A stretch of 32,000 bases of DNA from Clostridia bacterium (GTDB lineage Bacteria > Bacillota > Clostridia > TANB77 > CAG-465): the NCBI GenBank assembly GCA_017534305.1, contig JAFWCU010000035.1:18455-50454 (forward strand), given 5' to 3'. Below are positions 1 through 9,173 of the stretch, piece by piece. A model generated the notes under the pieces. The model saw only the letters and a program-made list of their open reading frames with translations. It made no database searches and was not told the DNA's origin. A program made the position numbers and the translations under genes. Numbering within the stretch: position 1 is the first letter of the stretch; every line of letters begins with the position of its first letter.

Positions 1-555
1 AAAGAACTTGAGGAAATTGCTAAAGAAAAAGGAAATGAATATCTTCACAATATGTTAAGAGAACTAGATCCTAAAAGTGCAGAAGAAATTCATATGAACA
101 ATGTTAAACGTGTAATTCGTGCAATAGAAATGGCTAAAAATGTTGGATTAAAATCTGAACATATGGAAGCCGAAAAGACAAGAATTGCAAACGAAAAAGC
201 ACCATATGAGTTTGTAGTATTTTGTATTGAACAAGAAAGAGAATACTTATACAGTAGAATAAATCTAAGAGTAGATTTAATGATAAAAGATGGAATATTA
301 GATGAAGCAAAAAAAGTTTATGATATGAAACTACCATCAAACAACACTTGTATGCAAGCAATTGGATACAAAGAGTTCTTTCCATACTTTGAAGGAAAAG
401 CTACACTAGAAGAATGTATTGAAACTTTAAAGAAGGAAACAAGACATTATGCAAAACGTCAAATGACTTGGTTTAACAACAAACTAGATTGTATAATGCT
501 AGATGGAAGTAAGCCAAAAGAAGAGCTAGTAAATGAAATTATAAGTAAATTATAA
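1..555 (+). CDS. miaA: tRNA dimethylallyltransferase MiaA, C-terminal portion (5' end outside window)
   Basis: Frame 1 is open from base 1 (KELEEIAKEKGNEYLHNMLRELDP...). The C-terminal ...KKETRHYAKRQMTWF... tail is typical of MiaA. Stop TAA 553-555. Confidence 0.8.
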   Translation, partial: KELEEIAKEKGNEYLHNMLRELDPKSAEEIHMNNVKRVIRAIEMAKNVGLKSEHMEAEKTRIANEKAPYEFVVFCIEQEREYLYSRINLRVDLMIKDGILDEAKKVYDMKLPSNNTCMQAIGYKEFFPYFEGKATLEECIETLKKETRHYAKRQMTWFNNKLDCIMLDGSKPKEELVNEIISKL

Positions 556-572
556 TGAAATAGGAGAGGTAT

Positions 573-1790
573 ATGAAAAAGGTTTTAGACTTTTTAAAAG
601 CTAATATTAGAATTATTGTTATAGCAGTTATATTATTAGTATTTATCATTGTATATAAGTCTAAAGATGTATTCACACATAAGACAATTTACACAGTTGT
701 AAATGGTGACCTTGAAAGTATGACAGAAACCAATCTATATTTGTTAAAATCTGAAAATATAGTGGATTATAACAAAGAGGAATCAATTACAGCCATAGTA
801 GACCAAGGAAAACGTGCATCAAAATATGAAGCAATAGCCACATACCAAAATGATAGCTATGAAGATTATCAAAATCAAATTGCTCAAATAGACAAGCAAA
901 TACAATCACTAATAAAAGACATGCCAGAAACACATTCTGCAGATATAACTGGTATTGAAAATAAAATATTAAAATATGCATCAGAACTACAAGGAACTAC
1001 TTCATATTCTAAAATTCAAGAATATAAAGCAAAACTAGATGAACTTGCGTATAAAAAAATAACTATTCTTGCAAATAGCTCACCAGAAGATTCAGCTATA
1101 AGAGATTTAATATCTCAAAGAGAGGAATTAGTAAGACTTAGTAAGACATCAGAAAACACAATATGGACAGATAGATCTGGAATTGTTACATACAAATTAG
1201 ATGGCTTAGAAGGTATTTTAGATTATGGAAATATAACTAATTATTCAGCTCAAGAGTTAGATAATATAATTGAAAAATATAATACAAATGGAAACAATGA
1301 GTTTGGAATTAAGATAGTTAATAACTTCAATGCATACTTATTAGTTAAGACTCCAAAAGGTGAAAATGATGACTATATAAAAGAAGGAAGAACATATAGT
1401 ATAAGAGTAGCAGATTTAGAGAATACAACACTAAAAGTGAGACTTACTAAAAATATAGCTGAAGGAGATTATAACTATTCAATATTTGAAATTCAAAATG
1501 AAATAGATAGCTTAGTAGACTATAGAAAACTATCTTGCGAAGTAATATGGAACACAATTAGCGGAATGGCTGTACCACTTAATGCTATATATCATGATGA
1601 TGAGCAAAATTATGATTATGTTTTAATGGTATATGGAACAGATTATAAAAGAGTAGCAGTAAATATTAAAAGAAAAAGTGACAGTATAGCGATTGTGGAA
1701 AATGTGGATAAAAGCACAGCAGAAAGCTATGGACTTGACACATCATTCGTACTTGAAATGTATGACGAACTTGTAATAGAAGATAGATAA
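573..1790 (+). CDS. membrane-anchored coiled-coil protein, HlyD/membrane-fusion-protein-like layout
   Basis: GGAG at 563-566, 6 nt before the ATG. N-terminal TM (IRIIVIAVILLVFIIVY), long helical/coiled central part, beta-rich C-terminus (RSGIVTYKLDG..., GMAVPLNAIY...YVLMV...IAIVE). Family guessed by eye only. Confidence 0.5.
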   Translation: MKKVLDFLKANIRIIVIAVILLVFIIVYKSKDVFTHKTIYTVVNGDLESMTETNLYLLKSENIVDYNKEESITAIVDQGKRASKYEAIATYQNDSYEDYQNQIAQIDKQIQSLIKDMPETHSADITGIENKILKYASELQGTTSYSKIQEYKAKLDELAYKKITILANSSPEDSAIRDLISQREELVRLSKTSENTIWTDRSGIVTYKLDGLEGILDYGNITNYSAQELDNIIEKYNTNGNNEFGIKIVNNFNAYLLVKTPKGENDDYIKEGRTYSIRVADLENTTLKVRLTKNIAEGDYNYSIFEIQNEIDSLVDYRKLSCEVIWNTISGMAVPLNAIYHDDEQNYDYVLMVYGTDYKRVAVNIKRKSDSIAIVENVDKSTAESYGLDTSFVLEMYDELVIEDR

Positions 1791-1828
1791 AAAACAAGAA
1801 GCAACAATTTAAGAGTTGCTTCTTTTTG
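1790..1828. terminator. bidirectional rho-independent terminator
   Basis: Perfect 10-bp stem AAGAAGCAAC (1796-1805) / GTTGCTTCTT (1815-1824), with an A-run upstream and a T-run downstream. It lies between convergent genes. Confidence 0.75.
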
Positions 1829-2399
1829 TGTATTTTTTACCGCTAACTTGGTCTGTATAGACCTTAACGTTCTGATATTTTTCTGTATTTAATACTTTCT
1901 TTTGATCTCCAAGTATTAATAGTGTTTGATACAATTCATACTTAGAAAACATATCTGTTTCCATTATTTCATTTATGCATTTTTCATAATAGTATTCTCT
2001 AGAATTTTGTACAAGTAGTGGTTTGTCTAATATTTTGTTATAATGGCTTAAATTATCTGAAAGAATAGAAGACATTATAATAGCTTCAGGACTTTCATAA
2101 TCTCCTAACTTATATTCTTCTAAAATCTTAGTATAATTTTCAATTAAATCTGTATTTTCACATACCTTATTATATACAATAGCACTAAGTCCAGTAGGAT
2201 TTACTCTAATACATTCATAACTATCATTCCCATAAAGTGGAGAGTCTTTAGGCGCAAGAAATGCCAAAATGCCAGACTTTACTCCATCGTTTAAAGTAAG
2301 TACTTTGTTACCAAACTCAGATAACTTAATTCCATATTTTAGACAATCACTTGCAACATTTTTATCTAGATAGATATATAAATCTTGCACGATTATCAC
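1809..2399 (-). CDS. hypothetical protein (196 aa), no recognisable motif
   Basis: Long ORF with host-like composition, flanked by terminators. No family recognised. Confidence 0.55.
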   Translation of the reverse strand: MIIVQDLYIYLDKNVASDCLKYGIKLSEFGNKVLTLNDGVKSGILAFLAPKDSPLYGNDSYECIRVNPTGLSAIVYNKVCENTDLIENYTKILEEYKLGDYESPEAIIMSSILSDNLSHYNKILDKPLLVQNSREYYYEKCINEIMETDMFSKYELYQTLLILGDQKKVLNTEKYQNVKVYTDQVSGKKYTKRSNS

Positions 2400-2443
2400 C
2401 TCAAGTGACTATATTATAGCATAGCTTATGCCAAATGTTAAGA

Positions 2444-2477
2444 AAAAAATAAAAAAGCTACCAAATTAATGGTAGCT
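2444..2477 (-). terminator. rho-independent terminator downstream of dut
   Basis: Stem AGCTACC (2456-2462) / GGTAGCT (2471-2477). The A-run 2444-2456 on the + strand is a T-run on the minus strand. Confidence 0.7.
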
Positions 2478-2493
2478 AGAATTATTTAAATTA

Positions 2494-2949
2494 TTATTTA
2501 TCTGTAGAACCAAATCCACCCATACGAGTTCCTGTTGCGCTATCGTCATCAACAGTTAAGTATTTTTGGAATACTACTTGTCCAATTACATCTCCTTTTT
2601 TTACTTCAATGTCATGGTCTGAACAGTTAAAGTATGCAAAAAAGAAATGTCCATCGTTATCTGGATTTCCATAGTAATCTGAATCTATTAATCCAACACT
2701 ATTTGCCATTAAAAATCCTTTTTTAGGACCAGAGCTTCTGTTAAGTAGAAGATAACATTCATCTTCCATACAATAAGCTTTAAGTCCTGTTGGTATTAAT
2801 GTTGGTTTTATTCCTGGATAATATTTTGGAATAATAATATCTTCTGCAGCTTCAACATCATATCCTGCTGAATGTGCAGTTTTTCTTACTGGCATATGAA
2901 TATCTTTATCTTCATATCCTTTAGCAATTTCAAATCCTCTTTGTCTCAT
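2494..2949 (-). CDS. dut: dUTP diphosphatase (trimeric dUTPase family)
   Basis: Motifs HSAGYDV, GLIDSDYYG and C-terminal RMGGFGSTD. 151 aa. Confidence 0.9.
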   Translation of the reverse strand: MRQRGFEIAKGYEDKDIHMPVRKTAHSAGYDVEAAEDIIIPKYYPGIKPTLIPTGLKAYCMEDECYLLLNRSSGPKKGFLMANSVGLIDSDYYGNPDNDGHFFFAYFNCSDHDIEVKKGDVIGQVVFQKYLTVDDDSATGTRMGGFGSTDK

Positions 2950-3082
2950 TTTAAAGTCCCCCTTAATTTCATATGTATTATATCATAATGAGTAATAAAA
3001 ACAATAAAAATAGAGTAAAAAATATAATAATAAAGAAAATGAAACATATTATAAATATTTAAAATAAAATATAAAAATTTAA

Positions 3083-3109
3083 TAAAAAATTAGCCTCAAA
3101 AGAGACTAA
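3083..3109 (-). terminator. rho-independent terminator of the lemA-htpX operon
   Basis: Minus strand reads TTAGTCTC-TTTT-GAGGCTAA followed by TTTTTT. The hairpin includes the htpX stop codon. Confidence 0.6.
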
Positions 3110-3999
3110 TTAATATGTTCAAGTCTTGCTATACGTTCATCAATTGATGGATGTGTAGAAAATATAGAACTTTTCTTTTTCTTTCTTGTTTTTCCATTTG
3201 GATCATTAATATACATATGAGCAGTTGCATTACTATAATTTCTCATAGTAGAGTTATCTGCATCAAGTTTTCTTAAAGCAGATATTAATCCTTTTGGATT
3301 TCTAGTAAATTCAACAGAAGTCGCATCTGCAAGATATTCTCTTTTACGAGACACTGCAAGTTGAATTATCTTAGAAACAATTGGAGAAAGAATTAAGAAA
3401 ACAAGTCCAACTATATATAATATTATAGTATATTTTCCAAAATCATCATTGTCTGAACGTCTTCTTCTAAAACCAAATCTTAATACTAAATCTGATATCA
3501 TAACTATAAAACCAGCAAATACTGATACTACAGTAGATAATAAAATATCATAGTTTTTAACGTGAGATAGTTCGTGAGCAAGAACACCTTCAAGTTCGTA
3601 CTTATCCATTATATCTAGAAGCCCGGTTGTAACACATATTACTGCATTTTGTGGATTTCTACCAGTAGCAAATGCATTAGGTGAAGGATTGTCTACTACA
3701 TAAAGTTTAGGTCTTGGCAAACCAGATGCAATAACAAGTCCATCCATAACAGATGTAAGCAATTGGTCTTCTTGAGGATTAGCAGGTCTTGCATTATGCA
3801 TTGCAAGTACTATCTTATCACAGTTGTAGTAAGTAATAAAACTACTAATAATAGAAAAGGCCATAGCAATGATAACAGAGTATGGCCCTAAGTTCATGTA
3901 ATAACATATAAAGTATATAAGTAGTGTTACTATTAATACGAATCCCAAAACTATAAAAAATGATTCAATTTTGTTATTTCTTACAGCTTTTAATATCAT
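3106..3999 (-). CDS. htpX: M48-family zinc metalloprotease HtpX
   Basis: HEXXH motif in AHELSHVKNYD, four hydrophobic segments, C-terminal STHPSIDERI. Lies 9 nt downstream of lemA. Confidence 0.9.
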   Translation of the reverse strand: MILKAVRNNKIESFFIVLGFVLIVTLLIYFICYYMNLGPYSVIIAMAFSIISSFITYYNCDKIVLAMHNARPANPQEDQLLTSVMDGLVIASGLPRPKLYVVDNPSPNAFATGRNPQNAVICVTTGLLDIMDKYELEGVLAHELSHVKNYDILLSTVVSVFAGFIVMISDLVLRFGFRRRRSDNDDFGKYTIILYIVGLVFLILSPIVSKIIQLAVSRKREYLADATSVEFTRNPKGLISALRKLDADNSTMRNYSNATAHMYINDPNGKTRKKKKSSIFSTHPSIDERIARLEHIN

Positions 4000-4008
4000 A
4001 AAGTCACC

Positions 4009-4554
4009 TTAAAATTGTACTTTTACAGGTTCTTTTTCAGCGTCATCAATAGTAAAGAATGGTTCTTCTTTATATCCAAACATTCCAGCAAGAATATTGT
4101 TTGGAAATTTCATTATAGCAGTGTTATACATTTGAACTGTATCGTTATAAAATTGTCTAGAATAAGCAACTTTATCTTCTGTTCCAGCAAGCTCTGTTTG
4201 TAGTGCTAAGAAGTTCTCGTTTGCTTTTAATTCTGGGTAAGCTTCACCTAAAGCAAAAATACTTTTTAAAGTAGAAGTTAATTCATTGTTTGCTTTAGCT
4301 TTATCTTCAACAGAAGTAGCACTTGCATATGTATTTCTAGCAGCAATTACTTTTTCTAAAGTTCCTTGCTCATGAGCAGCATAACCTTTAACAGTTTCAA
4401 CAAGATTTGGAATTAAGTCAAATCTTCTTTTTAGTTGAGTGTCAATTTGTGCCCATGCATTTTTAACTCTCATTTTTAATGATACTAAATTGTTATATAC
4501 ACCTATAATCCAAACTATAAGTAATACAACAACAACTATTAGAGCAATCCACAT
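4009..4554 (-). CDS. lemA: LemA family membrane protein
   Basis: N-terminal TM followed by YNNLVSLKMRVKNAWAQIDTQLKRRFDLIPNLVETVKGYAAHE, the classic LemA core. Confidence 0.85.
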   Translation of the reverse strand: MWIALIVVVVLLIVWIIGVYNNLVSLKMRVKNAWAQIDTQLKRRFDLIPNLVETVKGYAAHEQGTLEKVIAARNTYASATSVEDKAKANNELTSTLKSIFALGEAYPELKANENFLALQTELAGTEDKVAYSRQFYNDTVQMYNTAIMKFPNNILAGMFGYKEEPFFTIDDAEKEPVKVQF

Positions 4555-4689
4555 AGTTCATACCTCCCTTTATATTACTATAACATTTTATCATTATTTA
4601 TTATCAAATGCAATATAATGAAGTAATACAAATGTGTATATTTGAATAAAAACTTGTTATTTAGTTTTTTATCTAAATAGACATAAAAT

Positions 4690-4718
4690 TTGACATTAAA
4701 ATTATTATATAGTATAAT
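4690..4718 (+). promoter_or_regulatory. sigma-A type promoter
   Basis: TTGACA (4690-4695), 17-nt spacer, TATAAT (4713-4718), upstream of the G5/SLT gene. Confidence 0.7.
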
Positions 4719-4751
4719 ATCTGTGTTAAATATTCTTTAGGAGGAATTTTT

Positions 4752-5750
4752 GTGAAAGAAGACAAAGCATATATATTAAGAAAAGCGCTTACTGTGTTAA
4801 GCCTAGTACTAATATTTGCTACTGCTGGATTACTAGCAATTACAACCCAACTTAAGACAATTACATTTAACTACTATGGTAATGTTAAATCTATTAAAAC
4901 ATTAGCAAGTTCTGTAGATGCATTTTTACTACAAAACAATATTTCATTAAATGAAAGTGCAGTAATAGAACCTCAAGCTGGAGCAAGAATAACAAACGGA
5001 ATGACAATCACTGTTTCAACTACAAGAGCAGACGCTATTGATATTGAAAAGATAAGAGAGTCATATGCACCAGTTGTTGCTAGTGTAAAAGAAGAAATAC
5101 AAGCAATACCATTTGAAGAGGAAAAGGTTGATAACGCAGATAGAGAATCTGGAGAAACTGAGGTATTACAAGAAGGTGTTGAAGGCTCAAAATCTATTAG
5201 TTATATAGTTAAAACTTCAAACAACCAAGTAATACAAAAAAATGAAATTAAAGCTGAAGTAATACAAGAAGCACAAAATAGAGTAGTAGAAGTAGGAACT
5301 AAAGTTTCTAGAAGTAGCTTAGTATCATCTATATATACTACACCAGTTGATGGTGGATTCATTAGTTATAATATAGATTTTCCAGAAGAGTACCAACACT
5401 ATGCATATAATCTTTGCCAAAGATATGGAATAGACTATTCATTATTTATTGCAATAATGTTTGTTGAAAGTAGATTCCAACCAAATGCAAGTAACGGTGG
5501 ACTATATATTGGACTATGCCAAGTTGCTGCAACTCATTTACCAAACTTAAGTTCAAAACTTGGTATCTCAGATTTATATGATCCTTACGATAATATGACT
5601 GCAGGTGCTTATCTTCTATCATATTATATAAATGCAAATGGTAGCGTTGAATCTGGTCTTGCTTCATATGGTGGTGGTGCATCATACATAAACTTAGCAC
5701 TAAGCACTAGAGAAAGACTGATTGCAAACGGTGGTTTATCTGATATATAA
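4752..5750 (+). CDS. cell-wall protein with G5 domain and C-terminal lytic transglycosylase (SLT) domain, YabE-like position
   Basis: GTG start with an AGGAGG RBS and an N-terminal TM. G5-like stretch (IPFEEEKVDNADRESGETEVLQEGVEGSKSISYIV...VVEVGTK). SLT-like AIMFVESRFQPNA...GLCQV. Sits upstream of rsmA, like B. subtilis yabE. Confidence 0.75.
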   Translation: MKEDKAYILRKALTVLSLVLIFATAGLLAITTQLKTITFNYYGNVKSIKTLASSVDAFLLQNNISLNESAVIEPQAGARITNGMTITVSTTRADAIDIEKIRESYAPVVASVKEEIQAIPFEEEKVDNADRESGETEVLQEGVEGSKSISYIVKTSNNQVIQKNEIKAEVIQEAQNRVVEVGTKVSRSSLVSSIYTTPVDGGFISYNIDFPEEYQHYAYNLCQRYGIDYSLFIAIMFVESRFQPNASNGGLYIGLCQVAATHLPNLSSKLGISDLYDPYDNMTAGAYLLSYYINANGSVESGLASYGGGASYINLALSTRERLIANGGLSDI

Positions 5751-5760
5751 AAATGAATGA

Positions 5761-5791
5761 AGAATAGCTACTAAAAATAGCTATTCTTTTT
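5761..5791 (+). terminator. rho-independent terminator
   Basis: Perfect 10-bp stem AGAATAGCTA (5761-5770) / TAGCTATTCT (5778-5787) followed by a T-run. Confidence 0.8.
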
Positions 5792-5813
5792 ATTTCTAAA
5801 TAAAGGAGAAAAT

Positions 5814-6671
5814 ATGAATACATTATCTAAGACAAGAAGTATAATGAGCAAATTTAATATTGTTGCAAACAAAAGATATGGTCAAAATTTCCTTATAGAT
5901 GATAACATTTTACAAGGAATAGTATCTGCAGCAGATATAACAGATGAAGATTTAGTTATAGAAATAGGACCAGGTCTTGGAAATCTTACTGAATATATAT
6001 TAAATACTGCAAAATACGGATTACTAGTAGAAATAGATCCTAAAATGATAGCAGTTTTAGAAGATAGATTTAAAGATAAAACTAATTACACATTATTAAA
6101 TGAAGATATTTTAAAAGTAGATATAGATAATTTAGTTGAAAAAATTAAAACAGAAAATAATATAGATTTTAAAAGTGTAAAAGTAGTTGCAAATCTTCCA
6201 TACTACATTACAACACCAATTATATTCCAGTTGCTAGAAGATAGTAATTGCATTGAGTCAATAACAGTAATGGTACAAAAGGAAGTAGCAGAGAGAATGA
6301 CCGCAGATTCACATTCAAAAGAGTATGGTATACTAACTATAATGGTAGATTATTTTTCAAATGCAAACATAGATATAATCGTTCCAAACTCTAGTTTTAT
6401 TCCAGAGCCAGGTGTTACATCTGCTGTAATTACTTTAAAGAAAAACAGAAAATACAAAGTAAACAATGAAAAAGTGTTCTTTGAACTTGTACATAAAGCT
6501 TTTGCACAAAGAAGAAAGAAAATGACTAATTCATTATCTAGCAATAACTTTAATAACATGTCTAAACAAGAAATTGAAGAATTATTTACAAATTGCAATT
6601 TAAAGCTTACTACAAGAGCAGAAGAACTAGAAACAATAGATTTTATAAATATTGCAAATAGTATAAAATAA
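5814..6671 (+). CDS. rsmA: 16S rRNA (adenine1518/1519-N6)-dimethyltransferase
   Basis: KRYGQNFL, EIGPGLGNLT and VANLPYYITTPI motifs. Confidence 0.95.
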   Translation: MNTLSKTRSIMSKFNIVANKRYGQNFLIDDNILQGIVSAADITDEDLVIEIGPGLGNLTEYILNTAKYGLLVEIDPKMIAVLEDRFKDKTNYTLLNEDILKVDIDNLVEKIKTENNIDFKSVKVVANLPYYITTPIIFQLLEDSNCIESITVMVQKEVAERMTADSHSKEYGILTIMVDYFSNANIDIIVPNSSFIPEPGVTSAVITLKKNRKYKVNNEKVFFELVHKAFAQRRKKMTNSLSSNNFNNMSKQEIEELFTNCNLKLTTRAEELETIDFINIANSIK

Positions 6672-6683
6672 GGGGATGATAAT

Positions 6684-7406
6684 ATGAATTTAGATAGCTA
6701 TAAATTTACTGCACACAGGGGATTGTTTAATAATAAAGATATTCCAGAAAATTCAATGAAAGCATTTGAAGCAGCAATGCAAAAAGGTTTTGCAATAGAA
6801 CTAGATGTTCAAATGACAAAGGATGGTTATCTTGTTGTTTTTCATGATAAATCTTTAAAACGTGTGTGTGGTCTAAAAGATGAAATAACTATGCTAACAT
6901 TAAATGAAGTAAAACAAGCACGTTTATGTGGAACAGATTCGATGATACCAACATTTGAAGATGTATTAATGTTAGTAGATGGAAGAGTACCACTATTAAT
7001 TGAAGTAAAAGAAGATGATAATTATGAAGAACTAATGCCAAAACTAATAGCATCACTAGAACGTTATGAAGGCGAGTATATGATTGAGTCTTTTGATCCA
7101 AGAATAGTATTATGGTTAAAGAAGAATCATCCAAGCATAATTCGTGGACAACTATCATCTAGAAACATACGTGAAGTTAAAAATAGATTTCTTAAATTTG
7201 TTCTTGGTAATATGTTTTTAAATGTAATAACAAAACCACATTTTATAGCTTATCTTTATACAGAAGTTACACCTAAGTTTTATAAAAGACATCATAAAAA
7301 AGGTAGACAAGTTGCTGTATGGACAGTTAAGAGCAAAGAAGAATATGAAAAGATAAAAGATATAATAGATATATGTATATTTGAAAACGAGGAGACTACT
7401 AAGTAG
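6684..7406 (+). CDS. glycerophosphodiester phosphodiesterase family protein
   Basis: AHRG...PENSMKAFEAAMQKGFAIELDVQMTKDGYLVVFHD GDPD signature. Confidence 0.8.
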   Translation: MNLDSYKFTAHRGLFNNKDIPENSMKAFEAAMQKGFAIELDVQMTKDGYLVVFHDKSLKRVCGLKDEITMLTLNEVKQARLCGTDSMIPTFEDVLMLVDGRVPLLIEVKEDDNYEELMPKLIASLERYEGEYMIESFDPRIVLWLKKNHPSIIRGQLSSRNIREVKNRFLKFVLGNMFLNVITKPHFIAYLYTEVTPKFYKRHHKKGRQVAVWTVKSKEEYEKIKDIIDICIFENEETTK

Positions 7407-7413
7407 TCTCCTC
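7389..7413. terminator. hairpin between convergent genes (probable bidirectional terminator)
   Basis: Perfect 11-bp stem GAGGAGACTAC (7389-7399) / GTAGTCTCCTC (7403-7413) with a 3-nt loop. The flanking U-runs are weak. Confidence 0.55.
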
Positions 7414-7417
7414 ATTA

Positions 7418-8005
7418 TTATTCTTCAATTCCTGGTACGTGATGTGTTAAACGTTTATAACATTTTCTACAAACAGCTTTATATGAATCATTTCCGCCAA
7501 TCAATATATCTGGTCCAGAAGTGACTGGAACACCATTTATCATACGCATATTTACAGTAGCTTTTGCTCCACAATCACATATAGTTTTAATCTCTTCAAT
7601 TTTATCTGCCATTTCCATTAGAGGAAGTGAGCCTTCAAAAAATCTCATTTTAAAATTAGTTCTAAGTCCGTAGCAAATAACTGGAATATCTAAAATATCT
7701 ACTATATCTGTTAGTTGAAGAACTTGTTTTCTTGTAAGAAACTGTGCTTCATCAATTAATACACATGCAGGTTTTGGCTCAATACTTTTAACTTCACGGT
7801 AAATATTTGTATCACCATTGAAAGTTTTAGCATCAGCTTGTAGTCCAATTCTTGTTGTAATTTTTCCTACCTCATATCTATTATCTATTTCTGCTGTATA
7901 AAGTACTACGTCTTGTCCTCTTTCTTTGTAATTATATGCAACTTTAAGTAAATCTATTGTTTTTCCACTACCCATTGCACCAAATCTAAAGTATAATTTT
8001 GCCAT
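7418..8005 (-). CDS. tdk: thymidine kinase
   Basis: GAMGSGKT P-loop, VLIDEAQF, and a C-terminal zinc cluster C..C...CRKC. I chose the ATG at 8005 (MAKLYF...) because GGAGG lies 8 nt upstream; the track start at 8020 is a TTG inside the RBS. Confidence 0.93.
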   Translation of the reverse strand: MAKLYFRFGAMGSGKTIDLLKVAYNYKERGQDVVLYTAEIDNRYEVGKITTRIGLQADAKTFNGDTNIYREVKSIEPKPACVLIDEAQFLTRKQVLQLTDIVDILDIPVICYGLRTNFKMRFFEGSLPLMEMADKIEEIKTICDCGAKATVNMRMINGVPVTSGPDILIGGNDSYKAVCRKCYKRLTHHVPGIEE

Positions 8006-8096
8006 AAAAACAACCTCCAAATTTCACAAAAATTATAGCACAAAGTAATCGTTTTGTTAAGTAAAAAATGTATGAATATTTATTCACATTTTTTTA

Positions 8097-8125
8097 TTGA
8101 CAACACCAAAATAATTAGATATAAT
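8097..8125 (+). promoter_or_regulatory. consensus sigma-A promoter of the metallophosphoesterase cassette
   Basis: TTGACA (8097-8102), 17-nt spacer, TATAAT (8120-8125). Confidence 0.75.
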
Positions 8126-8210
8126 GAAGTCGGTTGGAGAATGATGATGAGCGCAAATAATTTTTTGGCTTGGTTTTTTAAATTAATATTTAAAAAAGGA
8201 GGGAGTTTAT

Positions 8211-9170
8211 ATGAAAAATTATAGCAAAGTAGTCGAAAAGATGAAAAGTAAGCAGCTCACTCTTAAACAACTCAAATTAACCATGGAGGATATCAACTAT
8301 CTAAGAGACAATGGTCACAACGTGAAAGAACAATATGATCCTCGTGTAGAGGACTATGTATATTATATTGTCACATCTGGAGACACTGCATATATAAAAA
8401 TTTCTGATTCTTTAAAACAAGGACAAGAAGTAAACTTAAAACTTCTTGAAATATCCGATCTGCATTGCGGATGTAGAAATTTTGATAAGCAAGGCTTAGA
8501 TAGAACCCTTCAAGAGGCACAGGCTAGAGGAGTAGAGTTTGTTCACATTTCAGGAGACTTGATTGACGGATTTGGAGTTTATAGGGGACAAGAAAATAAC
8601 CTAAAACACAACAAAGCAATCGAGCAAATCAATGAACTGATGGCAGTTCTTGAAAAGTACGATTTTTGGTATATAGCCAGTATGGGTAACCATGATCAAT
8701 CATTTTGTATGAAAGGTGGGCTAGATCCAATTAAGTACTTGGAGGCTAAGATGGCAAAAAAAGGTAAAAGATTTACCTACTTAAGCGCCTACGAAGCAAA
8801 TATAATTCATGCAGGAATTGTATTTAGGTTGATCCACTTGTCTGGTGGTGCAGCTAGAGCAGCTTCATATAAAGTTCAAGTGTATCTTTCTAGAGTATTT
8901 GAAAGTAACCTAAACGATGTTGAGATAGGAGGCAAAATATATAACCTACGAAGCATTCAAGCAGGACACTTTCATACATTCTATTCACTATCGATGAGCG
9001 GTATAAGAATAATTATGCCGGGCAATTTCCAACACGATGGTGATCTTGAAAAGAGAATGGGTATTTCTGGAAAAACAGGGGGAATCTTCACTGAACTTAC
9101 TATTATTGGAGACAAAATAGCAAGGGAGAAGATAGAGTTCTTTGATCCTTGGGAAAGGAAGGAGGGATAA
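8211..9170 (+). CDS. calcineurin-like metallophosphoesterase with intact active site and an unassigned ~85-aa N-terminal domain (MPE-A)
   Basis: AGGAGGGAG RBS. Motifs ISDLHCG (DxH), SGDLIDG (GDxxD), MGNHDQS (GNHD), LIHLSGG (H) and AGHFHT (GHxH). Confidence 0.8.
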   Translation: MKNYSKVVEKMKSKQLTLKQLKLTMEDINYLRDNGHNVKEQYDPRVEDYVYYIVTSGDTAYIKISDSLKQGQEVNLKLLEISDLHCGCRNFDKQGLDRTLQEAQARGVEFVHISGDLIDGFGVYRGQENNLKHNKAIEQINELMAVLEKYDFWYIASMGNHDQSFCMKGGLDPIKYLEAKMAKKGKRFTYLSAYEANIIHAGIVFRLIHLSGGAARAASYKVQVYLSRVFESNLNDVEIGGKIYNLRSIQAGHFHTFYSLSMSGIRIIMPGNFQHDGDLEKRMGISGKTGGIFTELTIIGDKIAREKIEFFDPWERKEG

Positions 9171-9173
9171 TCT

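Noticed and set aside
8131-8185. Possible attenuator hairpin in the MPE cassette leader (GGTTGG ... TTGGCTTGGTTTTTT)
   Set aside because: The only pairing I could draw is mostly G-U wobble, and no convincing stem precedes the T-run.
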